A stretch of 64,000 nucleotides of DNA from NCBI GenBank assembly GCA_050575255.1, contig JBNZDD010013718.1, positions 1,496,429 to 1,560,428 of the forward strand. The letters are read 5' to 3'. The notes beneath the pieces are model-generated. The model did no database searches. It had not been told where the DNA came from and saw only the letters and a program-made list of their open reading frames with translations. Both the position numbers and the translations under genes were made by a program. This document shows positions 47,976 through 60,100 of the stretch, piece by piece; the stretch's first letter is position 1; each line of letters begins with the position of its first letter. This DNA comes from Harriotta raleighana (taxonomy: Eukaryota).

Positions 47976-50900
47976 GTGCGTGTCAAATGTTTTCAAATGT
48001 CCTGTTTTGCTTGCCTTTTATGTTGCCCACATGATGGAATTTTACTGAAAAAGGTTAGTGTACCACCGCCACCAACAAATTACACTTACGGAGCAGATTA
48101 ACATTTATAGGACACCAAATTACATTTATAGTGTGGATATTATTTCATCAGTCACACTCAATGCATTTGGAAAAAAAGGACTCGCAAGCATTGATGAGCG
48201 ATGTCAGTCGTGATAATGTTTTCTAGATGTTCAAAAATAAATCCATCATAAAGAACTGGACCTAAATTTCACATTTCCTCGCTTATTTTCCATGGAATTT
48301 TCCCCTCCATTTCTACTCTTGTCTCCTTTGTCATTCCTTTTTTTTTGTACCACCACTCATTACCCTCCAGCCCCTTGTCCGAGCATCCATTATTCATGTA
48401 TGAGTCTTAACGGTAGACTGCAGCAACAAAAAGGGCTTCTTTGTGGCTAAGTGGTGCTGTGCTGCAGTCTCAACTCAGTGTAGACCAATCTCTTGAAGAT
48501 CTGAAGAATAAACCAGTTTATTCCTCACTGAGCATTGTGCTATTCTATTTCACCTTTATGAAGCAATGCTTCTGGTTTGAACTAGAAGTTGAGTGAATAA
48601 AAATGGGGGAGGGAGGGGGATTTGAAAACTTGATCTGATGAGCAGTCAGCGCAAAATTTGTTGGAAAATCTGATTTTGATGCAGAGGAAATTGCACCACC
48701 CTCAGCTGTATTTATATTACTTTTGTATTTAATTTGGATTGTGTTTTGAAATCGTGCCATTTTTGATAAGCAGACTTGTTTTTGTGAGTGATGGAATTTT
48801 TTTGTGAAAAAAAGACTTTGGGATGATTCCTAAAGTTTATACTAACACACTTATCTGGTTGCAAGTCGTGTCTGATTTGAAAGTTTTAATTAATTCAAAA
48901 AGAAAACTAGTTCTAAACCTGTAGTTCTGACAATTCAGATTTTCAAAGGTCTTTTGATGGTAGCAATGAACGCAAATTAATACCATGTCTTGTATTTGTT
49001 TGGAGACTCAGTCACGCCTGCAAATGTATTCTAAAAATCTTCATGCAGGAACAAGGTAATTCTAACAGAGTTTAATCATAACCCACATGTGCTGATTTTC
49101 ATGAAAATGAGATATTTGTGAGAAACCTATTATGTTCTTTTCCCATTCTGTTTCTTTCTGGCGCACTGCAGATTCCTGTTAGGGTCTGAATACAGAAGCT
49201 CTAATCTCTGGAGAGTGAATTTCTTGGGTTTTCAGATCACGGATTGCTTAAAAAATGTTCTGTTTGACCAGCATGTTTGTGCTATCTCTTTAATTGAACT
49301 TGGGGCCAATTTGAACATTACTCATCCCAATAAGGTCAATGCTGGCACTTTACTTGAAGGCTAGGGTGGTAACCTTTGCCTGAGTGAAGAAGATTCCGCC
49401 TCATTTGACATTCTCCTGAACAGTGGATGAGTTCCGATTCGCGAGTTTGCTTTCCTGTTGCTGGCTCGGCTCCAGGCCACAATGGCTCCCCAGCTAATTT
49501 GTTTTACAAGAAACTTTCTGCCAAATTGGTTCCTTTTCTCTGGACAACATTTCAGTATCATACGAAATGTTGCACCTCAGAAACTGGTCAAACTGCTGCT
49601 CCCTTCTCAGATTGTGTCGAGGCAGGTCAACAGGGTTTGTTAACGATTGCAGTTTTTTAAAGAAGATGTTTTTGATAAGGTTGAGTAACTTCTTCCAAGC
49701 AGTGGAGACTTTATCCAGTGATCTTTAGTGTGATCCTGGTGTATCCCGTCAAGGTTGTATCTTGTTTGGGGGGGGCGGGGGGGTGGGGGGGGGGGGCTTT
49801 TAACACCGTTGATTGAAACCTGTGTGTTCAGTGAGCTAAGAATACATGAGATTGATTGTCCTTCTGTATATGTCACACCTACTGATTTAGCAGTAGTAGT
49901 TTAATTATTCTTATATTACAATTATTATTCTTATTACTGAATTATATTACAATTATTCTGGGTATAAGATCAAGCTGACAGTATTGTTACCCCCAACATT
50001 TCTTTTTGGTTTTTTTGCTGGACCAATCCTATTTTTTCATATTTACACTTTGTATTACTGTGATCTGCACTTATTGAGTTAGTGTCCCTCCCTCTTTTTT
50101 CATCCTAGGGGGAGCAAGCCTTCCTACTGGATGATCGAAGCTGCAAAGATGACACCCTCTAATTTTTCAACTAGTTTTTTATGTATGTTTCTTACACATT
50201 AAATTACTCTGTTCTCTGTGGTATTTGTAATAGCCTCATATAATTGGTGAGTGTGCTATCAACTGAGCCAGGTAGTTCAATCAATTGAGCTTGACCTGGG
50301 ATTGCAATTTTCTGGATTCAAATCCCGGTGGGTCCACTCATTCTTTGCCATTTCAAGCTCAATTACAATGAGTACCATGTCTAAAAATAAATTTTGGGTG
50401 GGGTGGTGTGAGAGTGATAAGTGGCAGCTCTGTGGGGTAATCTAGAAGGCATGAACAGTTGTAATTTAAAGCAGAAGTATAAGTTTAGATATGTCCTCAA
50501 CCCTTTGAGTTGTAACCCTTCTAAAGCTAGTGCAGTTGGCATATATATTTGGTTACCAAATATGACTGCTAAAGGAGCTTAAATGACTGTGTGGGCAATG
50601 ATATGGACACTTTGTCTTGTAAGTTTTGAACCTGAAAAGATGTTTGAGCCATCTTGCTTTACTCTTGTTCAAATGGATGTGCTCATACATAGATACTATT
50701 CAGTTTCTGTTACAAATGAACTTTGGGCATTGGCGAGAATTCAAAATATCAAATCTCACAAATCACCATGGCAAGCTTTATCCTAAATATAAGCATGGCA
50801 ATGAGCCCGATCACATTTTACAATATAGTAATCTGATTCTGCTGATGGCAGCCTGTGTCTCAGATTTCATCCTCCGTATTCTGTAGACAGTACTTCAGCA

Positions 50901-51741
50901 TAGAAAGCTAATGTTTTTAATGATGGCTTCTCCAGTCTTTATCTCATCTCAACTGCTCTCTCTCTATATAGTTGTCAGGCAATGTTCTTATTTCCACATT
51001 AAACAAAATGCTTCTTGGTAGATTTAAGTGCTTGACAGCTGTCTTCAGTTTCTTGGTGGACACTGCAAAATGTTTTGAAGCATGTGTTTGCCTAGGAGGC
51101 AGCATTAACTACAATATTCTGTGACTTCTGTGAATTGTTTGATTATTCATGGAGGCTAAAAGTTTGGCTTTCCATCTGTAGATTATTGTAAATTATTTCA
51201 TCCAGAACAATAAATCTGTAACTTGTACACCCGCTTCTTGCCTTCGTTAAATATAATTGTAAATGTAGTAAAGGATAACTTTCTGCGAGTGGAGGTGAGA
51301 AGGAGAGATGGGCCACATTAATAGAATTATTTTAAAAGGAATAAGTAATAATCCACTATATTGAGTTGCACAACAATTATTCCTGTGTTTGCAGTTAAAC
51401 TCACATGATGTTGTGTACCATATATGCTTAATCAACATCAGGCTCGCTTAAAGTTACTTCAGCGATCCCCGCCTTATTTTAGCCTGTAATACTCTAATCA
51501 ATGAAATATTTGCTGGTGTGCTTATTTGAGGCACAAAACGATCAGATACTAAAGCAAAGAATTGATATTAAGTCCAGCTCTCATTAGATTTTCCCTGTAG
51601 AGCTCTGGCACTTACAAGCTTTCATCGATCCCTTTTAAACAAAACTTTTAAGGAGGCATTTTGTAATACAATATGTCAAATTGTGTAAATTGTCAAATAT
51701 AACTGGGTTTCAACAGTATATTAGAAGCTCATCATGTAGAC

Positions 51742-52570
51742 ATAATAATAATCCTTGCATTAGATATAGCGCTTTGCCCGTCTTCTAGACATCTCAAAGC
51801 ACTTCACAGATTATACTGTAAAGTGGATTGACTCTATATTTGTGGGTGAAATGCGGCAGCCAACTGCGCACTGCAGCGTTCCACAAATGGTTGTAGATTG
51901 AAGTGTCCAATATATTATTGTTTTTTGAGGGATTATTTGAGTGTGGAGTAAGGAAACATGCTCAAGGTTTTTTGAATTGAACCCATGTCTTTTGCTTGCA
52001 AGGCAAGTGCGCTAACTACAGTAAAAGTCCGATAATCCGGCACGGAAGCGCTCTGAGACGCCATCCGGCGTGGATAGCGCTACATAAATCGAAGTTGTTG
52101 TTGTTGTATACGACGGATTATTGGATGTTACTCTTAGGGATGGGAGGATTTGAGTGTTCTGTGCTCTTATCTATGTTACATACCTGTATAGTGAAACTCA
52201 AGAGCTCTCCCCAGCCCGGCGGAGCAGGCGGTCTGCTACAGAGGCATTGCTGAAAGTTAATTTTTTTTAAATAAAATTGCACGCACGCACTTATCAGAAG
52301 CGTGCATGCGCACTTATTAATCGTGACGCCAGTGACGGGCCCCCGAGGAAAATACACCGGGTAGTGTGAAGGATCTCTGGGTAGAGATCAAGCGCTCTGA
52401 GATGCCGTAGAGGGCGCTATATAAATCAAAGTTGTTGTTGTTGTTGAAGAGATGCGCATAAAGATGCACAGATTGCAAAAAAAACGGACCGTTGCAGATG
52501 CCGGACTATAAGGCTTTCCGAATTACCAGCTGCCGGATTAAAGGACTTTTATTGTACTAAATTACAGGAC
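51742..52570 (-). mobile_element. Full-length SINE split by a MITE insertion (SINE parts 51742-52018 and 52555-52570)
   Basis: The head sequence gcgctaacTA is interrupted and resumes as TActaaattacaggac after the MITE. Confidence 0.8.
52019..52554. mobile_element. Second pogo/Tigger-like MITE family carrying two nested type-B tails
   Basis: TA|CAGTAAAAGTCCGATAATCCGGCA ... TGCCGGATTAAAGGACTTTTATTG|TA (24-bp imperfect TIR). CpG-rich interior. Confidence 0.85.
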
Positions 52571-52756
52571 ATTTTAGTAATCAGGCACATTTGGGGTCCT
52601 GACTTGAAAGGTGCTATGACGAACTGCCTAGGCGACTTTTTCAGATGAAAAGTGCAGACTGGAATTGTGTTTGACCAAAATCTTAATTCACCAAAAAATA
52701 AATGAACAGAATAGACTGCTTTTAATTGTAAATTTCCACTTTATTCATTAACTTAT

Positions 52757-53072
52757 GGAGCTCCTGTGGCTCAGTGGTTAGAGCACTCGCCTTACAAGCG
52801 TGAGACCTGTGTTCGAATCCAGGCAGATCAGGGCGAAACCTTGGGCAAGTTTCCTTACTCCACATGCCTAATAATAATCCCTCAAAAAACAGTAATAAAT
52901 TTGTCATTTCAATCCACGACTGTTTGTGGGGCAATGCAATGTGCAATTGGCTGCCGCGTTTCGCCCACATATTTTACAGTCAATTCACTTTACCGTATAT
53001 TCTTTGAAGCGCTTTGAGATGTCGAGAAGATGTGAAATGCGCTGTATCAAATGCAAGGATTATTATTATTAT
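52757..53072 (+). mobile_element. Same SINE family, full length with intact A and B boxes
   Basis: TGGCTCAGTGG and GTTCGAATCC boxes, with complete body and tail. Confidence 0.93.
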
Positions 53073-53559
53073 CGATGCCTTCAGTGAAAAGGCACTATCT
53101 TGTTTGTCCACTTTTTAAAAAATATAATAATCATGGGTCAATGTAGTGAATCTCCAAGACTTAGGAGTGATCGTATGAGGAAGAACTTGGAGATTGGTTA
53201 CTTAAGGAAATTGATATGGTTGCAGTAGAACAATATTGCACCAGCTGTGAAACAAAAATTGTACATGGCTCTATGTAATCTGAAAGTGACGATATGTGAA
53301 GCTGTAAATTGCTATCATTTCTGCAATCAGGATTACTATGGTGAAGTTCTCCAATTGTCACTGGAAGTTATGATTGCAAGATTTTATTCCAGTAAGACTT
53401 TCTGACAGAAACATAAATTTCCTTCAAGTAACTTTTTTTGTTTGACTGCTATGCAATTTTCGCCAGGAATTTGATGACTATGCCTATCTAGAGAGTGATG
53501 GGAATGCATTTCCTCTACTCTTCAAAGCCGCAGATTATAATATGTTGGAGACTTTCATC

Positions 53560-53870
53560 CATGGCAGTGATTGGGGCTGTGTTTGACTTCACTACCCTTG
53601 AGTTAGAGAGAGAGAAATCCACCTGGTTTCCTAATACAGATGGTTATACAGTAATCCACTTGTGGAGATGTTCATCTGTGGACAGGGGTAAAAGAAGTGT
53701 ATGGTTCAGCTGTGATACACCCTCGGTCAGATAGCCTGCTGAAGCACACTGTCAAAGCTTGCGTGTGACTAATTGGTCACTTGGCTGAGATACAGGAGGA
53801 CAGCTGGCACTGTGGGACACCACTGAGGAACAGTACCCTAACAAGTAAAAAGTCAAATGTATTCTGGAGG
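53560..53870 (+). mobile_element. Ancient SINE-like relic (AmnSINE2-like by recall)
   Basis: Collinear blocks ggttcagctgtgatacaccctcggtcagatagcctgctgaagcacactgtcaaagct...ttggtcacttggctgagatacaggaggacagctggcac resemble an old vertebrate SINE consensus I recall. The family name is unverified. Confidence 0.5.
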
Positions 53871-56214
53871 GTTGAAAGCAGTGGGAGGGAAGTTGAGACA
53901 ATTGAAGAATGGAAGGTGGAGGCGCACATGCAAACGGTTTGTCTGCAAATTGAATTAAACCATCAGAACACAGTAGTAACTTTCAAAATCAATAAATGGA
54001 TTGTATGAAATGTTGCACATATCTTGTGGCTATTCAAAATTGTACCTTTTTTCGTTTGAAACAACAACAACAAAATTAAATTTAAAGAGCGCCTTTCTCG
54101 TCAGGAGGACGTACCAAGGTACAGAAAGTTCAATAAAATGAAACACTGGAAATTATTCAAACTGAACAACTCAGGTGATTCAGTTATATTTGACATCATT
54201 ATAATAGTAAGAGTAATAATAATAATTCTTGCATTTAATATAGTGCTATTCACGTCTTCCAGACGTCTCAAAGCACTTCAAATTGGAACCAACCTGGGAG
54301 TGGTGCATTTCATTGCTCACTCTGTAAGTGGAACTTGTGTAAAGCTTTACTCCTTAGTATTGGGGTAACCATCAGTTATGGAATTTTTGTTACTTAAAGG
54401 TTCATAGCTCTTAAGTGGTCTAGTCTTCTCCAGGAACCTCAAACTTTAGAGATGAAGTTCGCAACATTTGCATCACATTGTGACTTCAGTGCAATTGGAG
54501 GACCTATCAAATGGTTTCTATTAACTACAAATTGCTGTGTTTAAATTTGAGTTGTACTGGAAAATGTGTGTCAAATAGTTGTAATTTTCTTGTCAAATTG
54601 ACACTTCCTGTAGTATAACTGCCCTGTTAAAACAATTTCCCTAGAAGCCGCATTTAGCTGACAGCAGCTAATTTACAATTGAGTCTTCGAGTGGATTACG
54701 GGGGAAAACAAAACGGCTGGGGGAAAATATTGTTCAGATGGGGAAGAGAATAAAACCAAATAATGGCATGAACTTGAAGTATACTTATTGCTGAGAAAGC
54801 ATCAGCATTTCCCAACTAGAAGTAAATTACCCTATCATGACCTTCGCGTTTAACTGATAGCTGCCAATGGACACAGAGTGTAACTGAGTGCATACTGTGC
54901 GTGACAATTTTCTGTTTCTAAAAGTGAAATTATAATTGGGAGTGAAGGGTACTTTGGTTAGTCATTTGAGCACATCAAATGAATGAATGAAGCCATCGCA
55001 AGTGGTAGAGGGTGGTACATTATAATTCTATTGATTTTATATGGCGAAAGGATTGAATTATAAACTGTTTCTTCTGGATTACTGCCTTATTGTTCATTTC
55101 TATTGTATACTTGCCTAGGCATACTTGACTTCAGGTTTCGCGCTACCTTCCCTCATCCTGATGGTCACACAAAAACAAAAGGAAATTTCAATGGAGAGGC
55201 AATGTACAAAATCCAAGCACTGTCCCCCTGTATTTCTAAATGATTTCTAGGTTACTGCCTTTCTAGAAATCTTCTCCCTTCCCCAGAAATGCCGTTATGC
55301 ACGGTTCACACAAAGAATTATGCCTGGTCTTGGCAACTTCTCCAATGGTAGTTTTTGGAGAAGTTTTTGTAGTTTAAGGAGTTTTGGGAACAAACTAATA
55401 TTCTGCTAGGAGAAGCAGTGTGAATATTGTAAGGTATTGGCTTGACTTCCAACAAACACCACATGTAATATCTTGCTTCATAAAATGCATTGACAAAAGA
55501 AACAACAGCATCAAATTCTGTGTAAGCTATTTCCGAAGAGATGCCCAACAACTGAGCACAGCAAACCAAGCATTTGTTTTAAGTGGGGTTCTATTTTCCA
55601 CAGTTTTCATGTTGTAAGGTATATGCAGGGTCCTGTTGATTTTGAAACCAGGCGTTGATCTGGGAAATAACTGCTCGTTTTAATGCAGTATTTGCCAGGT
55701 TTCAATGCAGTTGAGGTTGATTTATCTTGTCTGATGAGAACAAAAGATTTTAAGAAAAACACGATAAGCTTCAAAGGCACACCTCACATTATAACACCAA
55801 ACCCTTTGACTGCAAGAGGTTTTGTGCTGTTTGTTAGATGGTCTATTTCTGTTTTTACTAGTAGATACTTCTGGTTTCGAAATATTTATCTAGTTCCCAG
55901 TAGAGGTATTCTTGTTATTGCTGAACACTGTACGTTAGTTGAGTTTTGCATATTCATCAAATTGAGCAAGGTTCCAGTGGCTAACATGAATTCCCTATTT
56001 GTGAGCTGTTAGAATTTTGGTATTAAGTCATTAATGAGAAGTCATTAAGGATTTGTACGATCGTGCTGTGGTTTAAATTGCTCTTACTCAATTATTTTCT
56101 GGATGTCTCTGAGAGATTATTTATTCAACCTCTTCAGCAACGGACCTTCTTTGGAAATGAAACTACAGAATATTAGCAATGGTTTTGGTCTATGTCCTAA
56201 TCCTTTATCCCATT

Positions 56215-56551
56215 GTGTCCTCTAGTTTAGTGGTTAGAGCACTCGTCTTGCAAGCGAGAGACCTGGGTTTGATTCATGGCAGGGCGAAATGTTGGACAAG
56301 TTGGCTTACTCCACATGCTCTGTGTACCTAGCAGTAAATAGAAACCAGGTTGTTGGTCGATTAGCAGATAGCTTTTTCGGGGGTGTAATCCATCCCTCCA
56401 AAAATTTTTGGTTACTCAATCCATAACTGTTTGTGGGATATTGCTATGGGCTGCCGCATTTTGCCCAAACATTACAGCGATATTCTGTGAAGTACTTTGT
56501 GACATCTTGAAGACATGATAAGGTGCTACATCAAATGCAAGGATTATTATT
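56215..56551 (+). mobile_element. Long variant of the SINE family with ~70 extra internal nt
   Basis: Same head and tail, plus the extra segment ctgtgtacctagcagtaaatagaaaccagg...gggtgtaatc at ~56319-56390. Confidence 0.85.
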
Positions 56552-56843
56552 CTAAATATTTTTCATTCTCATGAAGATGAGAACTAGCTTTGCAGTGAGT
56601 CACCAGTTTGAGGCAAAGTGAAGACTTGATTTTCAGTATTTTCAGCAATCTGTTTTAGTAAACTTTCCGTGTAGAGCCTGAATGAAAGAGGAAGAATGTC
56701 AGATTAGTGACGTATGTGAAAATCATCATATGCTGAAAATAGGTCATCGCCCACATTTAAAGCACCTGCTTAACCTTGCCCTTTGCTTTCTGACCCGATA
56801 AATATTATCCTGTGTTGCAATGCTTGTGTGGTCATTGTATTGT

Positions 56844-57111
56844 GGAGTGCTGTAGTGGTCAGAGCACACTTCCTTCAAGTGTGAGATCTATTTTCGAATC
56901 CAGGCAAGGTGAAACCTTGGACAATAATAAATTGGTCATTTTAATCCATGACTATTTGTGGGACACTGCTCTGCGCAATTGTCTGCCACGTTTCGCCCAC
57001 ATGTATGTAGTCAATTCACTTTACAGTATATTCTGTGAAGCGCTTTGAGACGTCTTTTTTTTAAAAAAAAACATGAAAAGCGCAATATCAAATACAAGGA
57101 TTATTATTATT
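56844..57111 (+). mobile_element. Same SINE family with internal deletions
   Basis: ggagtgctgtag...ttcgaatccaggcaaggtgaaaccttgg...tail (ATT)n. Confidence 0.88.
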
Positions 57112-60100
57112 GTCTCTCTACTGCAAAAGGCTTCTACACATTGGAGAGGAAAGGGCAATGTCAGGCTTGAAATTCCTAGGTGATTCTTTACAACTTCCAT
57201 ATAGGTCAGTTGATACACAACTTGCTTTGCTACCAATGTATTTCACGTAAAAGAGAAAGTTAGAAAAGGCAAGATTATTATCACTGTGTTTTGCCTTTAC
57301 CTTTAATGTGCAGAAATGCTTTCCTACCTCTCATCCCAATGTACAAAATTGACCATCTCTGGGTACTATTGGTTTCAAAGAAATTTGCTAGTTATTGATT
57401 TGTTAGCAATTGTGTGACTTCTGTATGGCTGGTTATTATGGATGTGATACTACTGTAAAGTGAATTTTATTGGCAGCAGAGTGATGCATGACTTTGCCTC
57501 ACTATGTGCTAATAATGTATCAACATGCCTATAGACTCACTCAAATAATTTTAAGCAACAATTTGATCAAACATTTTGCTTTCTTTANCCCTCCCCCCCC
57601 CCCCCCCCCCACCATCTCTAGAGAGACGTACTTTCCTTCTCCTTGCTGCAAGTGTTTAATAAACTATATTTCTGTGCTAACTCTAACTACATCCTAAATT
57701 CGACAACCACCACCTATAATATTCTAGCCACAGTTCCAAACCCTCTGTTCATTTAAACACTAAAACCCCTGGACTAACCAAGTTTACAACAAAGTCTTAC
57801 ATGTGGTACTTTGCGTTGAATTAATCTCTTGTGATTGGCTTAATGCATTAACGAAACACTGTGGAGGTCAGTCCAGTTTAGCAGGGGTTGTTTTAACATT
57901 TTTATCTGGAGGATTGACAGAGGAGGGGCAAATTATTGTTCAAGGTGGTTTTAGTTTTAACTCCTGTATCAATATTGAGTCTGACACGCTATAGCCACCT
58001 AACTAACCTATCTGGCAAACTGCAGTTGATAATCCTGCCATTTTGATTCACCAATGGAAGCTGTAAATTCAGGCAAGCACTTTGGCAATTGTATCACACT
58101 GTCTAGTTTGCTGTTACATATCTGAAGTCCTGGAGTTATTTCGAGCAAGCTTAGCCACTGATCAGCTCAAAACATTACTGCTGAAAGTATTATAATGTTG
58201 GCGTATGTTTTGCTATGTGATGACTTGTGCTCAAATGGTTGTCTCAATATTGCAATGCAGTGTGCATTCCAAACCGATGGGAATAAAAGTCATCCCAGTG
58301 AACTCATTTTGTGGTGTTAAAAATTTGAATGTAGGAATGAGAGAGAGAGAGAGAAGAAAGCCCTGTTTCTGATGTGTGTGGCCTAAGGCTTCCCAGTGAT
58401 TTAGCCATAGTTTTATCTTGAGTGCACAGCAGTGGCGTGGCCCTGTAGGTTTGAGAAATCGTTACTGTTAAATCCAATGTTAAATCCAAGATGTAGTAAT
58501 TTGGGGAGATAGTTGGAAAGAAAGTTGTCTTGATTGATTGCTCTGGGTTAGTAAGGTGTTTTTTTTAACCTTATTCTGATCGATTCAGCAGAGGTGGTGG
58601 GGGGGGTAATTTTTAGTAATTCTAGTATTTTATTGTTCAGGGTAAGCAAGCAGAATGCCTGGATTTAATCCAATTCTGTAACCAACGTCACACATGGTCA
58701 AAAAAAAGCATGTAAGTCAAATTCCACCAACATCCTTCATAGCTTTAATAATGTGAGAAAACACAGAGTACTTAAGGAACTAATCTAGGGATTTCTACCC
58801 TTCCTCTTTCTCCCCCACAACTCCCCAAAATAGAGGCATAAATTAAATGGATAGCCATTAAAAGACACTCTTAGCAGTTCTAAGGAAGCATTACTTGTGA
58901 CTGGCAGTTTGTTATATGGCAAGGGATTGTGAGAAGGAAGTGGATCCAGTGATACAGATTGGAAAAACTAGTTTAACGTGTTGAATAGAAATGACCAAAG
59001 ATTTTGAACGGGTGGTGCAAGATCGTTTTGTAAAACGTACTTTAAATCTTCAGTAAAGTGTATTTGAAAAGTGTTAGATCTAAAATTTCTTCTGGACTTA
59101 AGTGAACCGTAGGCAGAGGCTCGCATCGGCAACCCAACAGTGTAAAATTACATATGTGTTGGACAAGTACAGGAAGTAACACTTGACCCACCCACAGTAA
59201 AAGCTGGGACTTAATTTATTTGCTTTAAATCTAAACACTTTAATGATCAGGAGCATGCTGACTTCAGAAGCCACATGCAACCTGTTTTGCACCTGTGAAT
59301 CCAGTAGGTTTGTACATTTTACTCCCTATTAAATTTTGATGCATGCACAGATTTCAAGGATTGGATTGTGTGAATGTGGACAATATAACATTATCTACAC
59401 CTTAATTCATATAACTTCTGTATTTTCCAGTCACCAGTACATTCAACTTTTTGGTTGTTAATTTACAGCATAGAAGGCCATCAAATGTAAACATTTAAAC
59501 ATATTAATCCCTTTTTAAAATTTCCATTACAAATATTGTAATTTCTGATTCATTTGCTTTGGCACAAAATGTTCATTTTAGAACTGATATCACAATTTCA
59601 TTGAGGCTAAATTTATGTAAAGTAATATTCATCAAATTTAATGACCCCCAAATTGCAATGAATTGTACCTTCAAGTCACATAGGACAAGATTATTTTGTA
59701 TTCTCCTGTCACCAGTTGGCTTTCAGCAAGGAAGAGAAATGCAAACTTGTCAACCAACAAATCTGACAGATTTCCTAATATCTGGAATTGGTTCTATTTA
59801 AACTGCATGGCATTCTGCCCATGGCTGACAATGTCATTGATGACAGTGTTTGGATTCTCAGCAGTAATATGTAAGCTGTATTGCTTTCTGTCTTGCCATC
59901 TGAGGCATCAAACTATCTGAACAACCAAACTCAAAAGCACATTGTCCCATTTGGTACACAGACGTGTGTTGGAGACTTGATGAAGAGTAGGGCTTGATTG
60001 CCAGCTTTTACACTTGTGCACATTCCAGGCTTGACTACATTGTGCAGGAGAAAAGAGTGGGGGGGGGGGGGGGAATCTGGCTACACATCAACTCCTTTAT

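Noticed and set aside
52757-52830. tRNA-like sequence with A and B boxes
   Set aside because: It is the head of a SINE, continuous with body and tail, without a proper acceptor stem. The same applies at 12849, 32500, 42540-42602, 56215 and 56844.
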